NCBI GenBank assembly: GCA_012518465.1
Contig: JAAYSD010000010.1
Location: 7,638-71,637, forward strand
From: Clostridiales bacterium
Lineage (GTDB): Bacteria > Bacillota > Clostridia > Oscillospirales > Ruminococcaceae
Length of the DNA: 64,000 nt
Reading direction: 5' to 3'
In this document: piece after piece, positions 39,132 through 48,244 of the stretch
Layout: every line of letters begins with the position of its first letter
Numbering within the stretch: position 1 is the stretch's first letter
Translations under genes and position numbers: made by a program
Notes under the pieces: generated by a model
Databases searched by the model: none
What the model was told of the DNA's origin: nothing
What the model saw: the letters and a program-made list of their open reading frames with translations, nothing else

Positions 39132-40391
39132 TTAGGATTTTTTTAAAAAACTTTTCTCAAAGTCTTGCTTTATAAGTTTTATATTGTAATCTAGGTTCTT
39201 AATTTTATTATCCTTTGAATAACTAGCGTCACTATAATTAATAATTTTCTTTAAGTCATTCATATTTTTTATTTGTTCCAGTGATTTTTGCTGATTTGCT
39301 TTCTTTGAGTAAATCCTTATATGTGTATATTCATTATATCCTTCAATTTTATGTATAACCGTCCTCACTTCAGGTAGGGCTTTTGTTATTCTTTCATTAA
39401 TATAATTTATTTTTTCATTTCTATCAATTGCCATATAATATAGAATATTGCTATATTTATGCGGAGTATTTTGAATGTAATTTCTATATGGTGAGGTTTT
39501 ATTTTTATTATAAGCATCAATTTCTGCTTTATTTTTTAGTTTTCCATGAAAAATAATTAAAGTATTATCAAAAAGCTGACTTATAAAAGGGGTAATATTA
39601 TGTTCTTTAAAAATCGAGTTAAGAATTTCAGCATCACTTTCATTTAAAAAAATCGGATTAATATATTCGCTCGTTTTAAAATCATACAGACTTGCTCCAT
39701 CCATTACAACGGCAGGCTGCGAAAGACGAACATCACTTATTTGTTCATATAAAGAGGCTGGAGTGTTGGAAGTGGAAATAGTGAAATTTAAGCCTCTAGA
39801 CAGCATTCTATTCAGTTCAAATTTAGTATAATTATTAATCGTTCCACCGTAAATAGCATCATCATTTCTTATATCGGAAACAAATAGGATAGATTTATCA
39901 TATTTTTTGGGGAATCTAAAAAAGTTTACAAATATGCCTATCGCTGTACCCATAAGAGTTTCAAAAATTCTTGTAGTAACAAAAACAAAAGGGTTAGACA
40001 TATTTATTCTTGCCACTGCAACACTTAAAAATACTACGCATGAAAAATATGAAATATTTTTTTGGTTAAACACTACTGTAAAGTAAATAACAGGTATTAT
40101 CATAATAGCACTTAAAATAAGGGTTATATATTCATTGTCTTGAAATAGATAGGCTCTAGCCAGCACTATAATTGCACCAAAAAATCCACCGACAAAAGTA
40201 CCGATTGACCTTTGCTTTCCCATTTGAAGAGCTGTGCTTGAATCTTGCCGCATACACCATAATGCAGCAATTGCGGCATAAAGTGGTGCGCCAGTTCTGC
40301 CACGTGCAAAGTATACCAAAAAAGTTAAAAATACAGCAATTGCTGATTTTATTATTCTTAATCCTATTGGAGGAAGATGGAATTTTTTCAT
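39132..40391 (-). CDS. FUSC/ArAE-like (aromatic acid exporter family) membrane domain fused to a degenerate Cof-type HAD-like domain
   Basis: The N-terminal approximately 165 aa hold 4-5 TM helices with the ArAE-like start (IGLRIIKSAIAVFLTFLVY..PLYAAIAA). The C-terminal approximately 250 aa follow a Cof-like order (ILFVSDIRND.., ..FTISTSNTP.., VVMDGASLYD), but the DxDGT nucleophile motif reads DIRND. Confidence 0.55.
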   Translation of the reverse strand: MKKFHLPPIGLRIIKSAIAVFLTFLVYFARGRTGAPLYAAIAALWCMRQDSSTALQMGKQRSIGTFVGGFFGAIIVLARAYLFQDNEYITLILSAIMIIPVIYFTVVFNQKNISYFSCVVFLSVAVARINMSNPFVFVTTRIFETLMGTAIGIFVNFFRFPKKYDKSILFVSDIRNDDAIYGGTINNYTKFELNRMLSRGLNFTISTSNTPASLYEQISDVRLSQPAVVMDGASLYDFKTSEYINPIFLNESDAEILNSIFKEHNITPFISQLFDNTLIIFHGKLKNKAEIDAYNKNKTSPYRNYIQNTPHKYSNILYYMAIDRNEKINYINERITKALPEVRTVIHKIEGYNEYTHIRIYSKKANQQKSLEQIKNMNDLKKIINYSDASYSKDNKIKNLDYNIKLIKQDFEKSFLKKS

Positions 40392-40534
40392 AGTTATTTA
40401 AGCAACACCTTTATAAAATATAATAATATTAATGCGATAAATTTCTCGCTAAGTCATCAAAGGCACGTGGGAATGAAACTAAATCTTTCCAGTCAGCTTC
40501 AGTGTTTATATTTGAATTAAAAAAATAAGTCATC

Positions 40535-41065
40535 CTATCCTTTCTCAGCGTCTATAAAACGCCATGGCTTGTTTACCCATTCATCTCCTGCATAATCTAT
40601 GCCAACGCGCTTGTCAGTTTTTATTTTGGGGGAATATCCATCATCTTCAAGCCAAAGATTATGACAGGACGTTATATTTTTTTCATTAAAATCTTTGTTT
40701 ATACCAAGCTTTTTAGTGAGAATCCCTGGGCCCTTTGCATTTTCACCGGCACGGATTAATACAGCTTGAGGTTCGTCAATATTTCCTGTAACAATGTTAA
40801 ATAGCCAATGCACACCATAGCATAAATAGACATAAATAGTCCCGCTTTCACACCAAAGAATACTTGCCCGAGGGGTTTTTCCCTTTGATGCATGACAAGC
40901 CTTGTCTTCCATGCCACGATAAGCTTCGGTTTCGGTGATTCTAATACGTATTTCATTACCGTTGTCAAGCTTTCGTACTAGTATTTTTCCAATTAGAGCA
41001 GGTGCGATTTCAAGACAATCCCTATTGAAAAAATCTGAATTTAATATTTTAATTGATTTATACAT
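40535..41065 (-). CDS. mpg: DNA-3-methyladenine glycosylase (Mpg/AAG family)
   Basis: Matching motifs are FFNRDCLEIAPALIGKILVR, ITETEAYRG..D.ACHA, IYVYLCYGVHWLFNIVT and VLIRAG. Confidence 0.9.
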   Translation of the reverse strand: MYKSIKILNSDFFNRDCLEIAPALIGKILVRKLDNGNEIRIRITETEAYRGMEDKACHASKGKTPRASILWCESGTIYVYLCYGVHWLFNIVTGNIDEPQAVLIRAGENAKGPGILTKKLGINKDFNEKNITSCHNLWLEDDGYSPKIKTDKRVGIDYAGDEWVNKPWRFIDAEKG

Positions 41066-41081
41066 AACTATCCAATTCTTT

Positions 41082-42275
41082 TTAAGATATTCTTTCTATT
41101 ATTTTATTGAAAATAATATGTGCAAGCTCGTCCTTTGCCATTTTTTCTAATCTATATTCATTATCCTTTGTTATAATTGTTGCAATATTCGTATTATGTG
41201 CAAAGCCAGAGCCTTCTTCACTAATAGAGTTTGCTACAATCATATCTATTTTTTTATTAATAAGCTTAGTCCTTGCATTTTGTAAAACGTCCTGTGTTTC
41301 CATTGCAAAGCCGCATATAAATTGCTCTTTACAGCGATTTTCACCCAGCCATTTTAATATATCCTGAGTTTTTTCAAATCTCATATAAAGAAATTCATCA
41401 TTCTTTTTAATTTTTTGTTCATTAAAGGTTTCAGGACGATAATCGGAAACAGCTGCAGCTTTAATAATTATATCATTTTGCTTGAAGTTTTCAGAAACTG
41501 CATTAAACATTTCCTCAGCAGAGGTTGTTTTAATAACATTGACAAAGGGAGGAGGAGCAACCTCAGTCCAGCCGGAAACAAGCGTTACTTCTGCACCTCT
41601 AAGCATAGCGTTTTTAGCCAAAGCATTTCCCATACGCCCAGTTGAAAAATTAGTGATAAATCTTACGGGGTCTAGCTTTTCTCGTGTAGCACCACTTGTT
41701 ATAAGCACCTTTTTTCCTTTTAAATCCTTTTCAAGTGCAATTTCACGCAGAATATGCTCAAGAATTTCACTTTCATCAGGCATTTTACCATCACCTGTAT
41801 CTCCATTTGCAAGCATACCATTAACGGGGAAAATAATACCATATCCAAATCTTTTAAGCTTTCTTAAATTATCTTGAACAATTGGATTATGATACATATT
41901 ATGATTCATGGCAGGGGATATGAGCTTTTTACAAGGACAAGCCATAATAGTAGTGGTGAGCATATCATCTGCTATACCATTTGCAATTTTGCCTATTACA
42001 TTTGCACTTGCAGGTGCAATGACAACTAAATCGGCTTGCTTAGCAAGTGCCACATGCTCAACATTATACTGAAAGCTTCTGTCAAATGTATCTATCAAAA
42101 CCTTGTTTTTTGAAATAGTTTCAAGTGATATTGGATGTATAAAATTTGTAGCATTTTGCGTCATTATAACATGAACATTGCAGTTTAGCTTTGTAAGCAT
42201 TCTTACTAAATTAGGTGTTTTATAAGCGGCAATACTGCCAGTTATACCGACGATAACAGTTTTTCCCTTTAACAT
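41082..42275 (-). CDS. coaBC: bifunctional phosphopantothenoylcysteine decarboxylase / phosphopantothenate-cysteine ligase
   Basis: The N-terminal flavoprotein part is GITGSIAAYK and PAMNHNMY. The C-terminal ligase part is ITSGATREKLDPVRFITNFSTGRMG and AAAVSDYRP. Confidence 0.93.
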   Translation of the reverse strand: MLKGKTVIVGITGSIAAYKTPNLVRMLTKLNCNVHVIMTQNATNFIHPISLETISKNKVLIDTFDRSFQYNVEHVALAKQADLVVIAPASANVIGKIANGIADDMLTTTIMACPCKKLISPAMNHNMYHNPIVQDNLRKLKRFGYGIIFPVNGMLANGDTGDGKMPDESEILEHILREIALEKDLKGKKVLITSGATREKLDPVRFITNFSTGRMGNALAKNAMLRGAEVTLVSGWTEVAPPPFVNVIKTTSAEEMFNAVSENFKQNDIIIKAAAVSDYRPETFNEQKIKKNDEFLYMRFEKTQDILKWLGENRCKEQFICGFAMETQDVLQNARTKLINKKIDMIVANSISEEGSGFAHNTNIATIITKDNEYRLEKMAKDELAHIIFNKIIERIS

Positions 42276-42332
42276 ATAAGCCTCCCCATTGTTTTATAAT
42301 ATAGTATACCATGCAAAATTGTAAAATTCAAC

Positions 42333-42361
42333 TTGCATTTTAAATTTATATATGATAAAAT
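42333..42361 (+). promoter_or_regulatory. promoter of panT-coaX
   Basis: TTGCAT, 17-nt spacer, TAAAAT. A 14-bp perfect palindrome (AGTACATATGTACT) lies at 42375-42388, immediately downstream. Confidence 0.55.
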
Positions 42362-42453
42362 ATTTATGTACATAAGTACATATGTACTGCATCTTAAAAA
42401 AGAGCAGTAACATACATAAATGGGCTACGCCCTTAATGAAAGGAAAATTGAAT

Positions 42454-43102
42454 ATGAGAAACAAAAAGCTTGTGTTGACTCTTACACAGACCAGCTTGCT
42501 GGCTGCGATTATTGTCATTATGTCTTTTACTCCACTAGGGTATATCCCTTTAGTAGTGGTTAAGGCAACTATTTTACAAGTGCCGGTGATAATTGGCTCA
42601 ATTTTATTAGGCCCTAAAATAGGCGCTGTCTTAGGTGGAGTTTTTGGTCTTACCAGCGTTTTACAAAATACAATTGCCCCTACTTCGGCATTGTCTTTTT
42701 TATTTACGCCATTTGCACCTTCACCCTTTGGAATATGGGGGGGGATGGCAGAGCTTGATAATAGCTATTGTACCTAGAATTTTGGTGGGAATTATACCTT
42801 ATTTTGTTTGCAAATGGATTTCGAAATTATTTCAAAATTTTAAAGCAAAGCACACCTTATCTCTTAGTATTTCTGCTATTGCAGGGGCATTAGTAAATAC
42901 TTTATTTGTTATGGGATTTGCAGGGTTGTTTTTTACTGAAAAACTTGGTGATGCTGTAACATTGCCAGCAGGTGGTGTAATGGGATTTATACTAACAGTT
43001 ATTTTTACAAATGGTATTGCTGAGATGATAGTTTCAGCTGTTATAGTTACTGCTGTACTTAGTATAAAACCTATTTTGAAGATGAATGAAAGGCAGATTT
43101 AA
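42454..43102 (+). pseudogene. panT: ECF-transporter S component, probably pantothenate-specific (PanT), interrupted by a +1 frameshift in a G8 run
   Basis: The two track ORFs (42382-42777 and 42635-43102) are the two halves of one multi-TM S-component. The frames meet at GGGGGGGG (42737-42744). Removing one G gives the continuous reading ..SPFGIWGGWQSLIIAIVPRILVG... The likely start is ATG 42454 (MRNKKLVL). Confidence 0.75.
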
Positions 43103-43105
43103 TAG

Positions 43106-43876
43106 ATGCGTTTGGCAATTGATATAGGTAATACAAATATTGTAGTAGGTGCATTTAGAAAAAAGGAATTAATATTTAATTTTCGCTTATCTACTGATAA
43201 AAATAAAACAGAATATGAATACGCAGTAATTTTTAATACTATTTTTCATACTAAAAATATTGACAAAAATGAAATAAATGGTGCAATAATAAGCAGTGTT
43301 GTGCCTGTGCTTACTAAAACAATTGAAAAGGCAGTTGATATTTTTTGTGGGATTACACCTCTAATTTTATCAGCAGGTATAAAGACGGGTATTGATATAA
43401 GAACGGAAAACCCTAATCAAACAGGTGCCGACAGAATAGCTGATTCTGTTGGCGGCCTGATGAAATACAATCTTCCCTTGCTTATTATAGACATAGGCAC
43501 AGCGGTTACTTTATCTGTAATAAATGAAAAAAGACAGTTTGTCGGTGGTATTATTGCGGCAGGTCCTAGGCTTGAGCTTTCTGCCCTTAAAAAAGGTACA
43601 GCACAGCTAACGGAGGTAGGCTTACATCCACCTGACAAGGTGATTGGAAGGAATACTCACAATGCTGTTTCAAGTGGCATAATTTACGGTATTGCTTCTA
43701 TGCTTGATTCCTTGATTTTTAAAATAAAAGAGGAAATCGGAAGTCAGCTTACGGTTGTCGCTACCGGTGGAATGTCATTTGAAATAATATCATGCTGTAA
43801 AAGTGAAATAATCTATGATGAATTTCTTTTGCTAAATGGACTTAATCATATTTATGAAATAAATGTATGTTTATAA
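43106..43876 (+). CDS. coaX: type III pantothenate kinase
   Basis: The N-terminus is LAIDIGNTNIVVG. GADR and DIGTA motifs are present. Length is 256 aa. Confidence 0.93.
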   Translation: MRLAIDIGNTNIVVGAFRKKELIFNFRLSTDKNKTEYEYAVIFNTIFHTKNIDKNEINGAIISSVVPVLTKTIEKAVDIFCGITPLILSAGIKTGIDIRTENPNQTGADRIADSVGGLMKYNLPLLIIDIGTAVTLSVINEKRQFVGGIIAAGPRLELSALKKGTAQLTEVGLHPPDKVIGRNTHNAVSSGIIYGIASMLDSLIFKIKEEIGSQLTVVATGGMSFEIISCCKSEIIYDEFLLLNGLNHIYEINVCL

Positions 43877-43904
43877 AATATTTAAAGTTATTTCGGCTTT
43901 TTAC

Positions 43905-43932
43905 TTGATTTTTTTTAGAAAAGTGTTATAAT
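43905..43932 (+). promoter_or_regulatory. promoter of ilvE
   Basis: TTGATT, 16-nt spacer, TGtTATAAT (extended -10). An 8-bp hairpin (ttgctttg/caaagcaa) lies just before the RBS. Confidence 0.55.
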
Positions 43933-43993
43933 TATTATAAAAATAAATTATTTTGTTGCTTTTGAAATTATCAAAGCAAAAGGAAGGGTTTTT

Positions 43994-45064
43994 ATGGATA
44001 TTCGTTTACAACTGACAAACACACCAAAGCAAAAGCCCGTTGATGAAACAAAGCTTGGTTTTGGACATATTTTCACAGACCATATGTTTTTGATGAATTA
44101 TAAGACGGGTAAGGGGTGGCATGATGCTAGGATTGTTCCTCATCAAAATTTAAATCTTGCACCATCTGCCATGTGCTTGCATTATGCTCAGGAAATTTTT
44201 GAAGGGTTGAAGGCATATAGAAGAGATGATGGTGAAATTCAGCTATTCCGTCCTGAGGAAAATTTTAAAAGAATGAATGTTTCGGCTAAGAGGCTTGTTA
44301 TTCCTCAATTACCCCACGAAGAGGAAATGGTTGAAGCATTGATGAAATATATAGATATAGAGAGGGATTGGGTACCACGTACAAAGGGTGCATCTTTATA
44401 TATCAGACCTTTTGTTATAGCTGTTGACCCATATCTTGGTGTAAAGCCAGCTGATGAATACTTATTTATAATTATTGCATCACCGTCAGGGGCGTATTAT
44501 TCTGATGGATTTAATCCTGTTGACATTTACGTTGAAAAGCATTATGTCAGAGCTGTAAAGGGGGGCATGGGTTTTACAAAAACAGGTGGAAATTATGCGG
44601 CATCACTTGCTGCACAGGATGAGGCACATCAGCAGAATTATTCTCAAGTATTATGGCTTGATGGAATTGAAAATAAATATATTGAAGAAGTAGGCTCGAT
44701 GAACATTTTCTTTATTATAAACGGTGAGATTGTTACTCCTGAGCTTCAAGGCTCGGTACTTCCCGGTATTACAAGAAAGTCAGTGCTTGAGCTATGTAAA
44801 AGTTGGGGCTATAAGGTGTCAGAAAGTAGAATTTCCATTGATGAAATATCCGATTATTATGATAAGGGTCAGCTTGATGAAGTGTTTGGAACAGGCACTG
44901 CAGCAGTCATTTCTCCTGTTGGACATTTAAAATGGGGCGATAAGGTTATGCTTATCAATGAGGGGAAGATTGGTGAGGTTTCTCGGAAAATTTACGATAC
45001 CTTAACGGGTATTCAGTACGGTGATTTGCCCGATGAATTTGGTTGGACCAGAAAGCTTTCATAA
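43994..45064 (+). CDS. ilvE: branched-chain amino acid aminotransferase
   Basis: 356 aa class IV aminotransferase. Matching motifs are HYAQEIFEGLKAYR, TKTGGNYAASL and VLPGITR. Confidence 0.93.
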   Translation: MDIRLQLTNTPKQKPVDETKLGFGHIFTDHMFLMNYKTGKGWHDARIVPHQNLNLAPSAMCLHYAQEIFEGLKAYRRDDGEIQLFRPEENFKRMNVSAKRLVIPQLPHEEEMVEALMKYIDIERDWVPRTKGASLYIRPFVIAVDPYLGVKPADEYLFIIIASPSGAYYSDGFNPVDIYVEKHYVRAVKGGMGFTKTGGNYAASLAAQDEAHQQNYSQVLWLDGIENKYIEEVGSMNIFFIINGEIVTPELQGSVLPGITRKSVLELCKSWGYKVSESRISIDEISDYYDKGQLDEVFGTGTAAVISPVGHLKWGDKVMLINEGKIGEVSRKIYDTLTGIQYGDLPDEFGWTRKLS

Positions 45065-45408
45065 TGTTTATTTTTATGCTGGCTATGGTTTTGCTTTTAC
45101 CCATTTCAATGCTGATAATAGGAATTACTTTGCTTAAGCATCCTATCTTACAAATTAATTCTGAAAAAGGTTATCGCACAAACAGGGCGATGCAAAGTCA
45201 AGAAAATTGGGCTTTTGCACAGAAAATGTATGCAAGACTAATGATTATTATCAATTCTGTTTTGATTTTCTGCCCTACCTTTTTAATTTTTATATTTTAC
45301 AAAACATATTATAAATGGTCTTTAATATGTATTGCTATACAATATGTTTGTATAGTGATTTTACCTCTTTGCATTATAGAAAAACTATTAAAAAATAAAA
45401 AATTTTAA
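45064..45408 (+). CDS. SdpI/YhfL-family small membrane protein
   Basis: The ATG overlaps the ilvE stop (TAATG). It has TM helices and the SdpI-like motif GYRTNRAMQSQENWAFAQ. Confidence 0.6.
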   Translation: MFIFMLAMVLLLPISMLIIGITLLKHPILQINSEKGYRTNRAMQSQENWAFAQKMYARLMIIINSVLIFCPTFLIFIFYKTYYKWSLICIAIQYVCIVILPLCIIEKLLKNKKF

Positions 45409-45422
45409 GGAGCAATTTTTAA

Positions 45423-46796
45423 ATGAAGAATACTGAAAAGAGCATGGAAAAAATTGTTGCCCTATGTAAGGGTAGGGGATTTGTATATGCAGGCAGTGAA
45501 ATTTACGGTGGTCTTGCAAATACTTGGGATTATGGGCCTTTAGGCGTTGAATTGAAAAATAATCTAAAAAAAGCATGGTTTAAAAAGTTTGTGCAGGAGA
45601 GTAAATACAATGTTGGTCTTGATTCAGCCATTTTGATGAATCCTCAGACTTGGGTAGCATCAGGTCATGTGGGAGGCTTTTCTGACCCTTTAATGGATTG
45701 TCGTTCATGTAAAACAAGGCATAGAGCTGATAAGCTTATTGAAGACAGTGGCGCTGATTGTAATGGCTGGACTAATGAGCAAATGGCAGAATATATCAAG
45801 GAAAAGCAAATAATTTGTCCTAATTGTGGTAAAGCTGATTTTACTGATATTAGGCAGTTTAACTTGATGTTTAAGACCTTTCAGGGAGTCACTGAGGACA
45901 GTAAGAGTGAGCTTTATCTCAGACCGGAAACAGCACAGGGTATTTTTGTAAATTTTGCAAATATCCAGCGTACAAGCCGTAAAAAAGTGCCTTTTGGAGT
46001 GGCTCAGATAGGAAAATCCTTTAGAAATGAGATTACTCCGGGAAACTTTATATTCCGTGTACGTGAGTTTGAGCAAATGGAGCTTGAATTTTTCTGCAAG
46101 CCCGGAACAGATTTAGAATGGTTTGAATATTGGCGAGAGTATTGTAAAAACTGGCTTTTATCAATTGGATTAAGTGAGGAAAATCTCCGTCTGCGTGACC
46201 ATGAAGCAGAGGAACTTTCCTTTTATTCAAAGGCGACTACTGACTTTGAATATAAGTTTTCTTTTGGTTGGGGCGAGCTTTGGGGAATCGCTGACAGGAC
46301 GGATTATGACCTTACTCAGCATATGAGAGAAAGTGGTAAGTCGCTTGAATACTTTGACCCTGAAACAAATGAGAAATATATTCCTTATGTTATTGAGCCT
46401 TCTCTGGGTGTTGAAAGATTATTTTTAGCGATTGTTACGGAGGCGTTTGATGAGGAAGTGCTTGAAGATGGCACAACAAGGAATGTTATGCACTTTCATC
46501 CTGCACTAGCACCGATTAAGGCTGCTGTTTTGCCTTTGTCTAAAAAGCTTTCTCGACAGGCAGGAGAATTGGCTGATGAGCTTGCTAAATACTTCCCAGT
46601 AGAATATGATGAAGCAGGGGCAATAGGAAAGCGTTATCGCAGACAAGATGAAATAGGTACGCCATTTTGCATTACCTATGATTTTGACAGTGTTGAAGAT
46701 AAGTCTGTTACAATTCGTGATAGGGACACAATGCAGCAGGTTAGACTTCCTATTTGTGAGGTTAGAAAATATATTGAAGAAAAATTATTTTTTTAA
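45423..46796 (+). CDS. glyQS: glycine--tRNA ligase (dimeric GlyQS type)
   Basis: Class II aaRS motifs are present ([21 protein letters not shown], and an [14 protein letters not shown] motif 2 region). Length is 457 aa. Confidence 0.95.
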   Translation: MKNTEKSMEKIVALCKGRGFVYAGSEIYGGLANTWDYGPLGVELKNNLKKAWFKKFVQESKYNVGLDSAILMNPQTWVASGHVGGFSDPLMDCRSCKTRHRADKLIEDSGADCNGWTNEQMAEYIKEKQIICPNCGKADFTDIRQFNLMFKTFQGVTEDSKSELYLRPETAQGIFVNFANIQRTSRKKVPFGVAQIGKSFRNEITPGNFIFRVREFEQMELEFFCKPGTDLEWFEYWREYCKNWLLSIGLSEENLRLRDHEAEELSFYSKATTDFEYKFSFGWGELWGIADRTDYDLTQHMRESGKSLEYFDPETNEKYIPYVIEPSLGVERLFLAIVTEAFDEEVLEDGTTRNVMHFHPALAPIKAAVLPLSKKLSRQAGELADELAKYFPVEYDEAGAIGKRYRRQDEIGTPFCITYDFDSVEDKSVTIRDRDTMQQVRLPICEVRKYIEEKLFF

Positions 46797-46813
46797 TTTA
46801 ATAGCTAATAATT

Positions 46814-46841
46814 TAAGCGTTTCTTTTGGGAACGCTTATTT
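46814..46841 (+). terminator. hairpin after glyQS
   Basis: taagcgtt-(9-nt loop)-aacgctta forms an 8-bp stem with a short T-run. Confidence 0.5.
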
Positions 46842-46873
46842 ACTATAAAATTTTAAAAGGTGTGTTATATATT

Positions 46874-47356
46874 ATGTCCGCTAAGGAAATAAAAACAAAT
46901 GTAATGAGAATTTTAGATAAAGAGAATATAAGTTATAATAGCTATAATTATGAAGTTGATGAGCATATCGATGGTTTATCCGTTGCTGCTAAGATTGGTG
47001 AATCATATGATAAGGTTTATAAAACATTAGTAGCAAAATCAAAAAGCGATAATTATGTTTTTGTAATTCCTGTTAATTGTGAGTTGGATTTAAAAAAGGC
47101 GGCAAGGGCAGTAGGAGAAAAGTCTATTGAAATGCTGCATTTAAATGATTTGCAAAAGACAACGGGGTATATAAGAGGTGGATGCAGTCCCATTGGAATG
47201 AAAAGGTCTTTTCCTACTGTTTTGCATAGCGATGCTGAAAAGTCTGAATACATTATCGTGAGTGCGGGTAAAAGAGGTGTTCAGGTTAAACTTTCAGCAA
47301 ATGAGTTGAAAAGGTTAATTAATGCGAAGTATTATGATATTATAAAGGAGGAATAA
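46874..47356 (+). CDS. ybaK: Cys-tRNA(Pro)/Cys-tRNA(Cys) deacylase YbaK
   Basis: The YbaK/EbsC pattern is present (TNVMRILDK..I.Y, VYKTLV, TGYIRGGCSPIGMK). ATG 46874 was preferred over the upstream alternative start. Confidence 0.85.
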   Translation: MSAKEIKTNVMRILDKENISYNSYNYEVDEHIDGLSVAAKIGESYDKVYKTLVAKSKSDNYVFVIPVNCELDLKKAARAVGEKSIEMLHLNDLQKTTGYIRGGCSPIGMKRSFPTVLHSDAEKSEYIIVSAGKRGVQVKLSANELKRLINAKYYDIIKEE

Positions 47357-47949
47357 TGGAGTTTTCTAAGGAACAGGCAAAGGAAGAATTTTTAGAAATT
47401 TATAATGAGTATGTAAAACGTGATGGAGCTGATTTACTGTTGGACTTTCTTTTAAAAAGTGATTTTTTCACAGCTCCTGCAAGTGCAAGGTACCATCTTT
47501 CTGTTGAGGGAGGGCTTTGTCAGCATTCTTTAAATGTCTATCACTGCCTAAAAGCATATCTTGAGCGTGATAGGGTAAAAGATACATATGGTTTGAATTA
47601 TAGTGATGAGAGTGTGGCTGTTTGTGCTTTGCTGCATGATATTTGCAAGGTAAATGTATATAAAATAGGCTTTAGGAATGTGAAAAATGATGAAACAGGT
47701 CAGTGGGAACGTAAAGCTGTATATGAATTTCATGATAGCCTGCCCTATGGCCATGGCGAAAAATCAGTTTATATGATTACGGGTTTTATGCGATTGAGCA
47801 GGGAAGAGGCTTTTGCTATTCGCTATCATATGGGGTTTTCAGGTGAGGAAAATAAAAATACCGTCGGCAGAGCATTAGCTATGTTTCCTTTAGCTTTTGC
47901 CCTTAGCACTGCTGATATGGAGGCTAGCTATTTCTTAGAAAAGGAATAA
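47356..47949 (+). CDS. HD-domain phosphohydrolase
   Basis: The H...HD motif is present (YHLSVEGGLCQHSLNV...ALLHDICK). The start overlaps the ybaK stop. Confidence 0.8.
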   Translation: MEFSKEQAKEEFLEIYNEYVKRDGADLLLDFLLKSDFFTAPASARYHLSVEGGLCQHSLNVYHCLKAYLERDRVKDTYGLNYSDESVAVCALLHDICKVNVYKIGFRNVKNDETGQWERKAVYEFHDSLPYGHGEKSVYMITGFMRLSREEAFAIRYHMGFSGEENKNTVGRALAMFPLAFALSTADMEASYFLEKE

Positions 47950-47973
47950 AAATAAATTTTTTTAAAAAAGCTA

Positions 47974-48002
47974 TTGACAAGAGCGAAAAGTTAATGTATA
48001 CT
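47974..48002 (+). promoter_or_regulatory. promoter of the zinc ABC transporter operon
   Basis: TTGACA, 17-nt spacer, TATACT. Confidence 0.65.
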
Positions 48003-48023
48003 AAATGCAAATGATTTGCATTT
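48003..48023. promoter_or_regulatory. Fur-family (Zur-type) operator candidate, a 10-1-10 perfect palindrome
   Basis: AAATGCAAAT-G-ATTTGCATTT starts directly after the -10 hexamer. The core TGCAAATnATTTGCA has the 7-1-7 architecture of Fur/Zur/PerR boxes. It lies upstream of znuABC-like genes. Confidence 0.6.
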
Positions 48024-48244
48024 GCGTTTAGTAAGCCCTAGTATATCCATTCTATACTTAAAACTAAATCACAATTTAAAATTCTCAAAAATCAAAGCGA
48101 AGCTTGGATTCTTTCTTTCATAAGGATTTTAATCAGTGATTAATATAATATTTACTTCATGATGCAAATTGTTTATAGGTGCAATATATATTTTTGTGGT
48201 ATATATTAATTTTTAGTGATAATATTATTTGCGGAGGGAATATT

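Noticed and set aside
40429-40533. A 34-codon ORF on the minus strand (MTYFFNSNINTEADWKDLVSFPRAFDDLARNLSH) begins at a TAGGATG overlap with the mpg stop codon. It is preceded by GAAAGGA.
   Set aside because: It is too short to evaluate without homology or ribosome-profiling data. It could be a gene remnant or a chance frame, so I did not report it as a feature.
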